From Cycas panzhihuaensis (taxonomy: Eukaryota; Plantae; Cycadophyta), in the NCBI GenBank assembly GCA_023213395.1, contig CM041465.1, forward strand, positions 251,913,741 through 251,977,740: a DNA stretch of 64,000 nucleotides. Reading direction: 5' to 3'. Of the stretch, positions 52,784 through 64,000 are shown in pieces. The position numbers and the translations under genes are program-made. Below the pieces are notes generated by a model that saw only the letters and a list, made by a program, of their open reading frames with translations, had not been told where the DNA came from and searched no databases. Position 1 is the stretch's first letter; each line of letters begins with the position of its first letter.

Positions 52784-53003
52784 ATGGAATTATTTGCACA
52801 TGCATGGGCACTTTGCTACCCCGTGTTTCTTCTTCCATTTCTACTTCCTTCAATAAGTTTCATGAATTTATCATCAATAATTAGATCTTCATCTAGATCT
52901 TATTTGTCAACAATCCCTCCATCCATGTACATCTTTCGTATGCAATTCAATTAGCCCACTAGCATGTTTTATGTTGTTAAATCCCCACATATTATGAAGA
53001 TTC

Positions 53004-53326
53004 TGTCATGGGTTGTCGTTACACCAAAAACTCCGGGGTGATTCAAGAAGAGGACTTCCACGTGATAGTTAGCACTACACGCTCCAACACCCCCTCATCA
53101 CGAGGAGTCGATTGTACCTACACGACATGCATGACCACCACGGCATTCTTCGACGGGAACTCCAACATCTTCACGTATATTCAGGTGTGCAACTGCAGTA
53201 CACAAGACCGATTTTGAACCCCGGTCGCTCTAATACCACTTGTCACATGCTGTCATTACACCAAAAGCCCTCGGGTGATTCAAGAATAGGACTTTTGCAT
53301 GATAGGTAGCGCCACGTGTTTCAACA
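53004..53326 (-). mobile_element. Complete 323-bp TRIM/SMART-like miniature LTR retrotransposon
   Basis: 86-bp LTRs at 53004-53089 and 53241-53326 (TGTCA...CAACA), perfect TSD GATTC, PBS rc gctctaatacca 53227-53238, PPT rc ccccctca 53090-53097. Confidence 0.93.
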
Positions 53327-53629
53327 GATTCTAAATTTGAAAAAACAGTTGAGCTTAATCACTTAAATGGGTTAAATGGAAAAAGTGTGCATGTTTCAAA
53401 TTATTATTAGGGAAGGAGTTCTTGCATGTACCCATTTGCTTATTAGGATTTTCCTCATGAGATTGTTGCATCAAAGCCAAACAAAATTAAATACAATACT
53501 AACAAATAATTAACGAAAGCCCATCACCCAGTCCTCCTCATGCAACGGTTAACCCATAGGAATGCACTGTTGATTTTCGTGATTGTTTCTTGCCACCTTT
53601 TTAAAATCATCTTCCAAAGTAATTTGCTA

Positions 53630-54005
53630 CTACCTACACACCTCAACAGAATGGTGTAACTGAGAAGATGAACAAGACCTCAGTTGAAAAAGCCAAGTCT
53701 GTGATAAAAGGCAAGGATGTTATAAATTATTTATGGGTTAAAGTTATGAACACAATTGCTTATCTAACTAGCAAAAACACTACAAAGATTGTTAAAGACA
53801 TAACGCTTAAGGAGGCTTAGACAAACAAGAAGCCAATTATATGTCACTTGAGAATTTTTGGATGTACAACATATATACATACCCCAAAAGAAAAATGACA
53901 AAAGTTGAATTACAAAAGCACCAAATGCATCCATGTAGGAAACTTTGAGGCTTTCAAGTTACTGACTAGAAAATTCCATATAAATCAAGATGTTATCTTC
54001 AAAGG
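53630..54005 (+). pseudogene. Isolated Copia integrase fragment
   Basis: TPQQNGVTEKMNKTSVEKA...HLRIFGC...STKCIHVG. Confidence 0.8.
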
Positions 54006-54329
54006 TGGTGGCAAGTTAGATTTACATCCAATTGATGTTGACGATCAAATTGAGCAGTAGCTTGAGCACATCCATTTGGTGAAGATCCCAACCAAATGAG
54101 ATGTGAGAGTAACCAACATTCAAATAATAGTCATCTTGACCATAGGTGAAACGGTCTCTTCAAAGTCCACACCTATCCCTTAACTGCAAGTTGACTGTTA
54201 TATCTATCTCTATCACCATTAGAGCGATACTTCACCTTGTATACTAATGCAAGTTAGAGTAATCTACAAATTATATTTCTCACACATAAATGTAAATAAC
54301 AATAATGCTTAGCACACCTAAGGCCATTC

Positions 54330-54720
54330 CTCAGTTTGTGCTCTTCGAACAAACTCTCTTAAGTCAAACTCATCTGCCTTTTATCAAGCCTATGCATACA
54401 ATCTCTCATTTACATTTATTCTCAATAGTTACACAAGTTATAACTTCCAACAATTAGACCCGATGTTAACCTAATTATAGACAAGTTTAATCAAGATTTT
54501 GTTTGTTGATTCCATGATCTTATCCATTCATCCAAAGCCCTGCTACTTGAGGATCTGAAAAGAGACATCTTTATAAATGCCCTTCACCCTGAAGTCCATG
54601 TGGAAGTGCTTAGGATGGATGCAACCACTTATGACACTATTATTACTAAATCCCTGGGCCTAGAATCCATCGAAATCCAAGCAGGGTTTAAAAAACTTAA
54701 CAAACCTTTGACCCATCCCA
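54330..54720 (+). pseudogene. Possible Gypsy gag fragment
   Basis: DLKRDIFINALHPEVHVEVLRMDATTYDTIITKSLGLE resembles the end of a capsid domain. Confidence 0.4.
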
Positions 54721-57556
54721 ACTCAATGAACATCGTGATCACTGAAACATTCCCCCATCCTTCATTCCTATCATGAGTGAGGAATGACTATTAAGATATG
54801 TATCATTGACGAAGGGGCTACCACTAGCATCATTTTTGCCTGAATTTTTGATTAAAATTTATTAAACTTTTTATAAAGTTTAGTGATATTAAATTATTGT
54901 AATGTAATTTGGAGTCCATAAGTCACCCCCTACTTACTAGCCCTCAATCACATGGTTATTTAGGTGCCAGAGCTTTTTCTAGACCACCAAGAGAGTTTTT
55001 TAAAAACTAATATACCATGGTGACTAGTTTTTCAAAAGCTTCGATTTGATAGCAATCACATGTTGCATTTTTGTATAAAAATTAAATGAAAAAGCAAGTC
55101 TTTTAGTTTTGTAGTGGTATTTTGACTACCAATGAGTATAACAAAGCAAGCAACCACTCATGCCAGCTATTTGCACGCCAATTGAGGTCTCTTATAGTTG
55201 CTTTCTTTATTTACGTGCTTGTTTTTCTTGCTTTTTAGTTATTCTTTGTTGCATACTGCTTGAAAATTGGCCAATGGAAGTGGAATACTATGAGCAGTCA
55301 CAGAGAAACTCCCAAAATAAAGCAGGGTTTCCACAAATCTTCTGGAGCTTTTCTCATTTAAGTCCAAAACAAAGCAAGGTTTTTGCAAATCTTCTAGAGC
55401 ATTTTCTCATTTAAGCCCAAAATGGAGCGGAGTTTCTACAAATCTTCTGTAGTTGGAATTGCAATAGCTAGAATAGAATGGACCATTGAATCGTTCATAT
55501 TTCTCCATTTTCTTCCTTTATCCTTTTCTCCTTCAGAGTGACTATTATAGGTAAACCAATAGCATTAATGTTGAGGCAACTATGATTTAAAGGCTTGTGC
55601 TTGGTTTATCCGATTGAGTTCTTACTGTTATTTTCAAGAGATTCTTTGTCTTCTTAGTTGTAAAGATATTTAATAGAATGCAAAGCCCAACATAACCACA
55701 ATGTTACCCTATTTGACCAAATCACAAGAAAATTAAAATTGTGCCAATCAAATTGTAATTCTAATTTTGATCAAGTATATTGGCATAATGGAACATGTAT
55801 AACAGAAATAATAGCATTTATCCTTCAAGGAATTATATAGCTATTACTCATCTTCATAACTTAACTGGTGACTTATTTTGAACACTTCTCACCCTCCTCA
55901 CAATCATGATTGAGTTATCTTGGATCTATCTCACACTGTTGACAATGGCTCACCAAGTCTTACATGTCAACAGGGCTCTGGTCATGTGAAGAATCCCACC
56001 ACCTACAACACCATAGGGGTCCTATGTGTGCCAATACCCTTACACGTCTTACATGCATTTGCAACATCAATCCATTCCCCGTTCTTGTCACCTAATCATG
56101 ATTAGAGTTTGACTTAATAGTTTCCATCTGATTTTCCCATTCTTTCTATCAACTAGCTACTTGCTTTCCTCCACACATGGTACTCTCTATGCTCCTTCTC
56201 TTGCAATCCTTCATAGTCACACCTATAGTAGAGGTAGCTCCAATCAACAAAAGTGTTGCAACATTCTTTGTTAGGGTCCCAAAAGGATGTCGAGCACCAT
56301 GCAGAAGCATTCATCTTGTAAGGTTTGAAATCGCTCTGATACCAAAATATGATTCAAAACTGAAGGGGACTAAAGGCTTGGATCATAAAGTCAACTCTAA
56401 TATTGAAAATAGGGATTCAAGAAGTGGCATAAAACTACTTTACCATCTATATGATTATTCAACTCCTACAAATGCCTCTAACTTCCAACTAAAAGCAGAT
56501 AAAAGGAATCAATGAAAACAACTAGTTCAATAAACAAAGGTTGGTTACTTGGCCTTGTGTCTGAGGAGTATGTTGAGCAAGCTTGGTACATAGTCCGCCA
56601 ATGCAAGGAAAAGTGCATAGGAGTGGCATTCACATAACACAAACAGTTAACTCATGAGGACAACAAAAATAGAATAACATGGAGAGAAGTATTATCAAAC
56701 ATTTATCTTTTATTAATATAAAAGGGACCTCATCCAAGGACACTCCTGAAGGAGTCTAAGAAGAGATGTTATTAATTACAATGTATCAAGATGACTTGTG
56801 TAAGACTCTTATTATTCTATAACAAAATATAAAATTATCTAACTACCCATTGTGTCTTCTCTCATCTTTATAGATTGCATGAGAAAAGCTCGTCACTAAA
56901 GGCACCCAACGGTTGTAACTACTACTTGCTACAACTCTTGTTAATAGTTAGCATCCGCTACCACAACAATTCTCTGCAACAAAATTTTGTTATCTTAATT
57001 ACCATAGTTGGCATCTCCCCCAAGTCGACACAAATGGGTAACATTCTACAATCACGTATCATCCATTACAATTTAGGTGTTATCCATTTGTTATAGTTGG
57101 TTGTTAATTATTCAATAGTCGATTAGTTGCTCATTGTCACCAACTGTCAACCACTTGGTCGAAATCTCTATCATAGATTCAATCACCACTACCAATCACT
57201 AGCTCAGCATCTATCGTAAGCTCGAGTCTACTTGGTCTTCCCATTTCAACCCTTACAGTTGCAAAACATCCCAATTTCAATCACAAGCATTTTTGTTGCC
57301 TCCATACCCTCGTCTTCTGTTTATTTTCAATCCAGATCATATTGGCAATACCTAACATCAAATCATTCAACCATGACCACCTAGACAACTCTACTAAACA
57401 TATCATCACCCCATGATGCTACATACTTTTGAAAGGATGGGTGAATAAGGATAACTACTCCACCTTTCCCTTTCTCATGCTATGAATGGAAAGGCATATG
57501 TCTTGGCTAGATGGCCAATTTGAAGCTTAAACCCTAAAACATTGCAAACACACAAT

Positions 57557-57755
57557 TTGCAAATTCTTGCCTTAGCTTTTTGACCATGCTACTCTTCAAC
57601 AGTCAAATATGCCTCTAGCATTCCATCTAATTGTGTTCGCTATTCAACGCCAAAACTTGCAAATTCTTGCCTTGGCTTTTTGACTGTGCTATTCTTCAAG
57701 GGTCGAATATGCCTCTAGCATTCCAACCAATTGTGTTCGCTATTCAACACCAAGT
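57557..57755 (+). repeat. 100-bp tandem duplication
   Basis: ttgcaaattcttgcctt occurs at 57557 and 57657. Confidence 0.88.
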
Positions 57756-59086
57756 TGACTCTTCATTGCAAGCACACCGTCATTATCCTCATCATTGACA
57801 TCTTCCTCGTGGACTATGGCCTCAAAGCTATTCTTCATATTGATCACTTTATGCCTTTTGGCTATTATATGCTCATGGATAAAATCATCCAGCATGAGCT
57901 CTTCACAGCTAGCTAAGACCCCCATGGGGCTTGGATTGCCTGGACATTAAGGGACTTGCATCCCTAATGAATAGAGGAGATCTTACCCTGTTCCTAATTC
58001 CTCTTCCTAAAGGATTGAGATAAGAACTAATGACCTAAGCTGCTTGCTTGAAAGCACTTACATAGGATGAGGCACTGGTTTTGTTTGGCAGGCTAAGCTT
58101 AGCAAGTCGCTTCGCATTGATATCCCCAGCTTTCAAGGTCTGCTATTCCTCAAGCTTTGGCAGGGGCAATGGCATTCTGAAGTTCACGATCCAGCTCTTG
58201 TTCTGGCAGACAACAGGCTGCCCTTTTTGCAAGAAAGGGCAGTCCTTAATGAGCATCATCAGATACTTTTTCAACTTTCTTCCATTTAGTTTAGTTATCA
58301 ACTTATTATTGTTGTCCAAAACGAAGACTTTTTGAACTACTTACGAGAAATACAACCAATCTTATTTTTCCATCAATATATTCCGTCCCCCTCTGTGTGC
58401 ACACATGCATGTTCACATGTAATAAATTCATCCATATCCCTGTATTTGTTTACACATGGTGTGTGGTGCCTTCAATTTTTCACTCCCACAAAGGACCTAT
58501 ACATGCACACTGCAAGAAGAACACACAATCCCCTGCACATCTAAAAAGGAAAAAGGAGTTAAAAAATTTGCTTATCTTGCATATTATAATGATGAAGATT
58601 AGCTATAATGGAGACACAGAGAAGAGCAGCAAAGCTATTTTCCTCCATAAGAATGACTGAGTATGGAATATCATTTACAACAAATGGCATTAAACGACTG
58701 AAATTTTAAAATATAAATAGAAAAAACAGACTCAAAAATACATGATACACATCATTTACATTTGCTTGCTCCCATCAGCCAAGCACAGACATAAAACAGC
58801 AATAAATTGATCTGAAGACTGTGGCAAAACATATATAGTAACTCATGATAACAAAACATATTGAGTATAATCACAAACATCCACCGCTACCCCATAAGAT
58901 CACGAGGATGCATAATTACATGGCCCAAGCCATACCTGTTGGATAAGGAGTGAAGAAATTGGGGTAGATCAAATATGAATCCCATTGCACACCCTTAAAT
59001 CCAAAGACCTCTTGTGCAGGTGAATGATCATTCTGAATCACTTGAGCTTTCGTCGCCATATGGATATTATCTTACAAAAACCCAGT

Positions 59087-60745
59087 TTACAATCCAGTTG
59101 TCATAGAAGTCCCTATGTTTGCACTCTGCAACTCCATAGGTGAGCTTGTTATGCTGCCAACTGACCCCAAGGTTTGCGAACTAAGCTGAGGACTGGGTGG
59201 ACCTCCAACAAGAGAACCTAGATTGCCGACACTCATCTGCTGAGCATTCAACTGCTGTTGTGAACTCAATTGCTGAGAATTAAGCTGTTGCTGAGGGTTC
59301 AATTGCTGTTGTGAACTCAATTGTTGAGTACGCTGTTGCTGAGTATTCATTTGAGATTGTGAATTAAGCTGTTGTTGAGGACTGATTTGTTGTTGTTGGT
59401 TCAGTTGATGCTGCACATTCAATGACGGTTGTGAACTGAGTGCTTGTTGAGATGAGGATGGTTGTGGCATGTTCAGTTGTTGTTGTGACGGCAACTGCAA
59501 TTGAGAGTTCAACTGCTGCTGTTGACTTAGTTGTTGATTTAACTGTTGAGAATTGTTTTGCTGCTGCTGATTGCTCAGTTGTTGGTTCAGATAAAAGTTC
59601 TGTCCTGCTAATCCAGATATGCCAGATGTTGCAACTTTTGGAGGACCCATGCCTGCAACTGCAGCCCTTTGTAAGGAACTGATACTGCCTCTGCCTAATG
59701 TTTGTCCCATCATTGCCAATCCTGCTGAGTTGTGAACTTGATTACTTGCAGACATTCCTGACATACTCTCAATTGTGTTTCGTATGGATGGACTTCCTAT
59801 TGCACCTGGGCGTCCTCTGCCTTGAGCCATGCGTGCTTTTGATGCCAATGCTGCTGCCTGGGCTGCATTGATGTGCCCAGGTCGAAGCTGTTGCCCTATC
59901 ATATTTGCAATACCCGAAGTCTGTCCCATGGCCCCAATACTAGAAAGCTGACCAATGTTAGCCAAACTAGATATGCCTCCCATCGATGCTGAAATGCCTG
60001 GCATACCCACCACACTATTCATCCCACTCAGGGCTACCATATTTGCGAGGCCTCCTTGAGCTCCACCACTTACAGGCATGCCAACGCCATTCATACTGTT
60101 GACGCCACTTATGTTCCCTACTCCCATAGCTCCAAGATTGCCCATGCTCACTGGAAGAGCCATCTTTCTTTGCAATTGCTGTTGCTGTCTTTGCTGTTGT
60201 AAAATCTGAAGCTGCAAGGGACTACCACCATTCACCATTTGTGTATTTGTTTGCTGGTTAGAATTGTGAGTTGTTGCATTTAGCAGGGCAAGTTGGTTGG
60301 CCGAGACAAGCTGCTGAGACCTTTGTAGCTGTGGTGGGTGTTGTTGCAGCTGGTGCTGTTGTTGCTGTTGTACTAAACCAAGCTGGGATGCAGAATCAAG
60401 CTGCGGTGGCTTTGAAGAAGGCACCATTCCACCCTGCAAGAAGCCTGCAGGAAGCTGTCGAGATGGAGTATTGCCTGGAGGAGGCATTCGAACAGCAGCC
60501 AATGCATTCGGAGAAGACATTTGCAAAGAATTTAGAGGAGGGATGCCACATGGAGCAGCTGCACCTGGCATATTTTGACTTGCCATAACACGGGGGGATG
60601 ATGGCAACTGATTAATATTATTGCCCAATGGGGAAGCCCCAGCTGGCATGGGATGGGCACTCAAAGCTGCATTCCCAGGCAAACTTCCCCGACCCGCAGT
60701 GGGCTGAACTTGGTCATCAGTCAATTCATATCCTTCTTTTATCAT
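59087..60745 (-). CDS. PHL: PHYTOCHROME-DEPENDENT LATE-FLOWERING / SPT20-like protein, last coding exon (Q/G/M-rich IDR)
   Basis: Acceptor ttgcag|ATG ATA AAA GAA GGA TAT (MIKEGY). C-terminal motif SPQLSSQTLGSVGSITSSPMELQ is recognised from plant PHL proteins. Confidence 0.9.
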   Translation of the reverse strand: MIKEGYELTDDQVQPTAGRGSLPGNAALSAHPMPAGASPLGNNINQLPSSPRVMASQNMPGAAAPCGIPPLNSLQMSSPNALAAVRMPPPGNTPSRQLPAGFLQGGMVPSSKPPQLDSASQLGLVQQQQQHQLQQHPPQLQRSQQLVSANQLALLNATTHNSNQQTNTQMVNGGSPLQLQILQQQRQQQQLQRKMALPVSMGNLGAMGVGNISGVNSMNGVGMPVSGGAQGGLANMVALSGMNSVVGMPGISASMGGISSLANIGQLSSIGAMGQTSGIANMIGQQLRPGHINAAQAAALASKARMAQGRGRPGAIGSPSIRNTIESMSGMSASNQVHNSAGLAMMGQTLGRGSISSLQRAAVAGMGPPKVATSGISGLAGQNFYLNQQLSNQQQQNNSQQLNQQLSQQQQLNSQLQLPSQQQLNMPQPSSSQQALSSQPSLNVQHQLNQQQQISPQQQLNSQSQMNTQQQRTQQLSSQQQLNPQQQLNSQQLSSQQQLNAQQMSVGNLGSLVGGPPSPQLSSQTLGSVGSITSSPMELQSANIGTSMTTGL

Positions 60746-60835
60746 CTGCAATTCATAGATAAGAGAAGTGACATGTCAAACAAAAAGTGATTTCATGGAA
60801 TAATGAGTACAACTAAATTGATGTCACACTCTTAC

Positions 60836-60874
60836 CAAAGCAGAAAACTGTGTAGCAAGCCGATCTGCAAAATG
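60836..60874 (-). CDS. PHL: PHL 39-nt exon (HFADRLATQFSAL)
   Basis: Splice sites gtgcag| and |gtaaga, phase 0 on both sides. Matches the PHL motif LPNTH.ADLLA.QF..LM..EGY. Confidence 0.88.
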
Positions 60875-61002
60875 CTGCACAGCATAAACAATACAGGAAC
60901 AATTAAAGAGAAGAATCTGCATGTTCACCAAATATCACTGGAAGCTGAATAATTCCCTATGCAGCTCCGAGAAAAAGGAGAGATTAGAAACACTTCACTC
61001 AC

Positions 61003-61166
61003 AGTGTTAGCCAATGGAGGTAGAATGTCAGGAGGAAAAGCATTCAAAGAGTCATCCTCTTGATCATCACAAAATTGCACAACCGCCTCCACCATATCAT
61101 CCTTGGCTCGTTCAGACATTAGCAGTTTAACCCGATTTCGACGAATCAAAACTGGAAGGCCTTGTC
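61003..61166 (-). CDS. PHL: PHL exon (GQGLPVLIRRNRVKLLMSE...LPPLANT)
   Basis: Splice sites tttcag| and |gtgagt; reading phase is consistent with neighbouring exons. Confidence 0.88.
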
Positions 61167-61277
61167 CTGAAAAAAGACAATATGCTATTACATAAGCATT
61201 GTCAATTGAATCAATCAAGAGAGAGCTGCACATTAAAATCATGAGTGGAGGGTAAAATCCAATAATTAAAATACAAC

Positions 61278-61504
61278 CTTGAAAGAACCGCTCTGTGCGT
61301 GAAAAATTCAGAATGCGGGTCTTGCGAACATTTACATTTCCTCCAACAACTGAATTCGCCATACTCCTCTGTCCATTGATATCCTTTTGGTCCTCATTAT
61401 TCGCAGAATTAGCAAGAGCAACTAAAACCAACTGCCAAGAAGGAGGTGCAGCCTTCACTTCCGGAAGCTCCTCAGGATTCTTCTTTCTAACAGGAAGGCC
61501 ATGT
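61278..61504 (-). CDS. PHL: PHL exon (RHGLPVRKK...GGNVNVRKTRILNFSRTERFFQ)
   Basis: Splice sites ttacag| and |gttgta. GG..N..KTR..F...ER motif of PHL. Confidence 0.88.
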
Positions 61505-62903
61505 CTGTAATTTCAGAAAAGTGTCAACAAAACATCAGCCTGCTCACATATATAGCAACTCTTTGTCAGTTCAAAATGACACTCGGCAAGAAAAGACTAA
61601 TGAACATGTTTTCAACAAATAACAGAATATTAGTTAGCAACAATGGTCAATATGGTTGTACTCATCATTGGTCCAAGATATAGTCCCATGAAAACCATAC
61701 AGAACCCCCCAAAACCAAAGATGGAAGAGAACTGATGAAAACTGGCCACATTAACTATCATGTTTGTCCCCACTCCGAAATATCATCAAATTAAGAACAA
61801 GGGAGAGCATCACCATTCTATACAGAAGAATCCAATCGGGGGCTCAAACAAGAAGAAAATATTTGTTTGTGAAAATCATTATATTGCTACACAAGCTAGA
61901 GGGACACTGTCCAAACCTTAAATATCACCTTGTATTTCATACCTTCTATCATTGTATTGATGTTACACGAGAACCCCACTGGGATAAGTCACCCCAAGAT
62001 GATTATTACTCCGTACAAATGTCAGGCCATGTTAACGACAGCAGCTAGATTAAAGCATCATCACATGACTTAAACATGAATAAGAGAGTGGCAACATGAC
62101 CTTTTAACCACACAAGCAAAGCCCACTTTGGCATTATTCATCAGATTTTAGAAAGTGGATTTAACAGATGGTATCCACAGGGAAAAGGCTAGCATTGCCA
62201 CAACAAGATTTCCAGATCCAAGAAAATTCCAAAGTCTTGTGGGTGCTGATGTATGTTTTCTATTTCCATTTTCTACCTTCAATTTAAATAAAGAAGGATC
62301 CCAATTCATCAAACCCTAAGGTCAGCACTTCAGCTGCCAACAATTCAGCCTCCAACAATAGACTAGCTTTTAAACATAATACAATTATCAAATGGCACTT
62401 TCCTTGGGAATGTAAGCAGGGCAAGCCTCAATACTTCTTCCTGTAAGTGCAAACATCAGGTATGAATAAACAAGATACTACAATGAGATCCAATGGTCAT
62501 TGGAGACCCAGTCATTGCGTGGAATTTCACCAATGGTTTTTTAACCTTCCCCAAAGCCCCCACCCCTTTTTAAAACATGATAAATTGAGGATGTAAATGT
62601 TAGTGCTTAACAAATGCCAGTGCTGTGTGGTTGTAAGATTTCCACGGGAAAAGGGCTGATTGTGCGAGTATGAACAAGTCACAAAATTGCATTATTTTTT
62701 TTGGAATGAACATTTTGAGTTTAATCTGCACCATTTGAACTCAAAGAGGAATGGACAACAAAGAAGAGCAAGAATAACAGTGAGGAAGAATAACAAAATA
62801 GCTTGTATGGGGCAAAAAACAAGCATGGTAACATACAACCTAAAATGGTGTTCCTTCATCTTTTGCCATATTAGGAGATACGAATGTTGGGGAGATGGTG
62901 TAC

Positions 62904-64000
62904 CTTTGAGCCACAGAAACCAATGTTGAAATAACCTCAAATTGCTTATTTTGAGCCTGAACTGCAACAGAAATGTCAGTCTTAGCTCCCGAACTGGGCA
63001 ACGGTGCTGTTCCAGTTGAGGGACTATTAACATTGGATGGTGCCACTGAATTTGTGACACTTCCAGGTGATGCTACACCACTTACGGTGGGTGTCTTCGG
63101 AAGAGAGTTAGACCTGCGTCTTGAAAACGATGAAGGCTGGAGCTGCTGATGCAGTATGGAGTCGATCTGACTTGAATTGACTGAAGTTGCTGAGGTTGAC
63201 ATAGCTGCCAGTCCTAGTGATTTCTCCTTCTGTGGCCCAAGTGCTGCAGGTGCTGCCATATTGTTATATGATGGTCCAAGAGATGTAGTAGGAACTGCTG
63301 GCGGTGTCAAAGGCTGTGACAGTTCCCCTGATTTTGACGATGCTGGAGATTGCACTAAACCCTTGACCTCAGGCTTCTGCAATACCCTGGGGCTCTGTCC
63401 CAATTTTTTCTTTTGTAAGAACTCGTCCTTTTTGCGCTCCTTGTCACCTAGCTGACCAAGACTCTGCCATTGCTGAGTTGAAGAGAAAGAAGATTTCACA
63501 AACTGTTGCTGTGGACAGCACTGAGATAATCGATGTTGCTGATCTGTCTGGCTGTCTCCTACCTCCATTACATGTTGATCGTCCTTATTCCTATCCACTT
63601 CTTGCTTTTCCTGCTCAATAGCATTCTGTCCCTTCTCAAAATCTGGTTGTTCTTCTTTCACCTTAAACTCTCCCATGCTCCTCTGATCTAAATGAGGTGA
63701 AAGCTTCAACTCATTCTGACAAACTTCTCCAAGGGCCATCTGTTGATCATCATCTGTTGTTAATTGCTGAGGATGTCTTTGAACAGTAGCATCAGAAAAG
63801 TGCAAAGCTTCATTGTTTTGATGTTGCTGCACTGACTTGTCCTTTCCCTGTTGGTCCCTAGTTAGTTTTGTATCTATTCTGGACCATATGTTCTGCTGTT
63901 GAAATTTTTCCAAACAAGTTTGCTCTTGCTTTGGCTTCTTTATGTCTTGCTTTATTGTTGTAGACACATCTCTAACGTCCCTCTTCCCAAGCATAGATAC
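62904..64000 (-). CDS. PHL: PHL large internal exon (continues beyond window)
   Basis: Open frame with KK..QSPRV, SPASSKSGE, RRSNSLPKTP and GVASPGSV motifs typical of PHL. Donor caaag|gtac completes an AGA codon with the next exon. Confidence 0.9.

Larger units (their letters stand above)
50764..57339 (-). mobile_element. Internally deleted CRM-like LTR element with secondary insertions
   Basis: LTR 56350-57339 (TGAT...GATCA) is colinear with 50764-52098, which is end-truncated and carries a ~206-bp internal duplication (50862/51069). PBS rc gctctgatacca 56333-56344; PPT-like rc actctgtcttcc at 52099. Confidence 0.75.

Noticed and set aside
59440-63455. Plus-strand ORFs overlapping PHL (59440, 60271, 61295, 63177) and minus ORF 62692-63060
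   Set aside because: Shadow frames of the real exons, with no independent evidence.

Overview
AT-rich plant nuclear DNA; the repeat families suggest a non-flowering vascular plant such as a fern, but that is inference. About 58 kb is layered retroelements. A ~20.5 kb nest (10448-30943) has an old Copia host carrying an RT-less Copia derivative, a full Copia inserted in that derivative's LTR, and a gag/pol-less LTR element with one accessory ORF. Also present are a full CRM-like Ty3/Gypsy with a perfect TSD (31006-38077), a TR-GAG-type element (44581-47636), a 323-bp TRIM (53004-53326), a deleted CRM-like element, LINE remnants and a SINE-like insertion. The right end holds the last five coding exons of a minus-strand PHL/SPT20-family gene that runs off the window. 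The best novelty candidate is the 3.3-kb element at 22923-26205. It has intact LTR ends, a TSD, a tRNA-Glu-like PBS, no pol, one nuclear-looking PMD/Transposase_32-like ORF, and LTRs dense in GTAC(GCATGA) motifs. All calls come from reading the sequence by eye; no searches or alignments were run.
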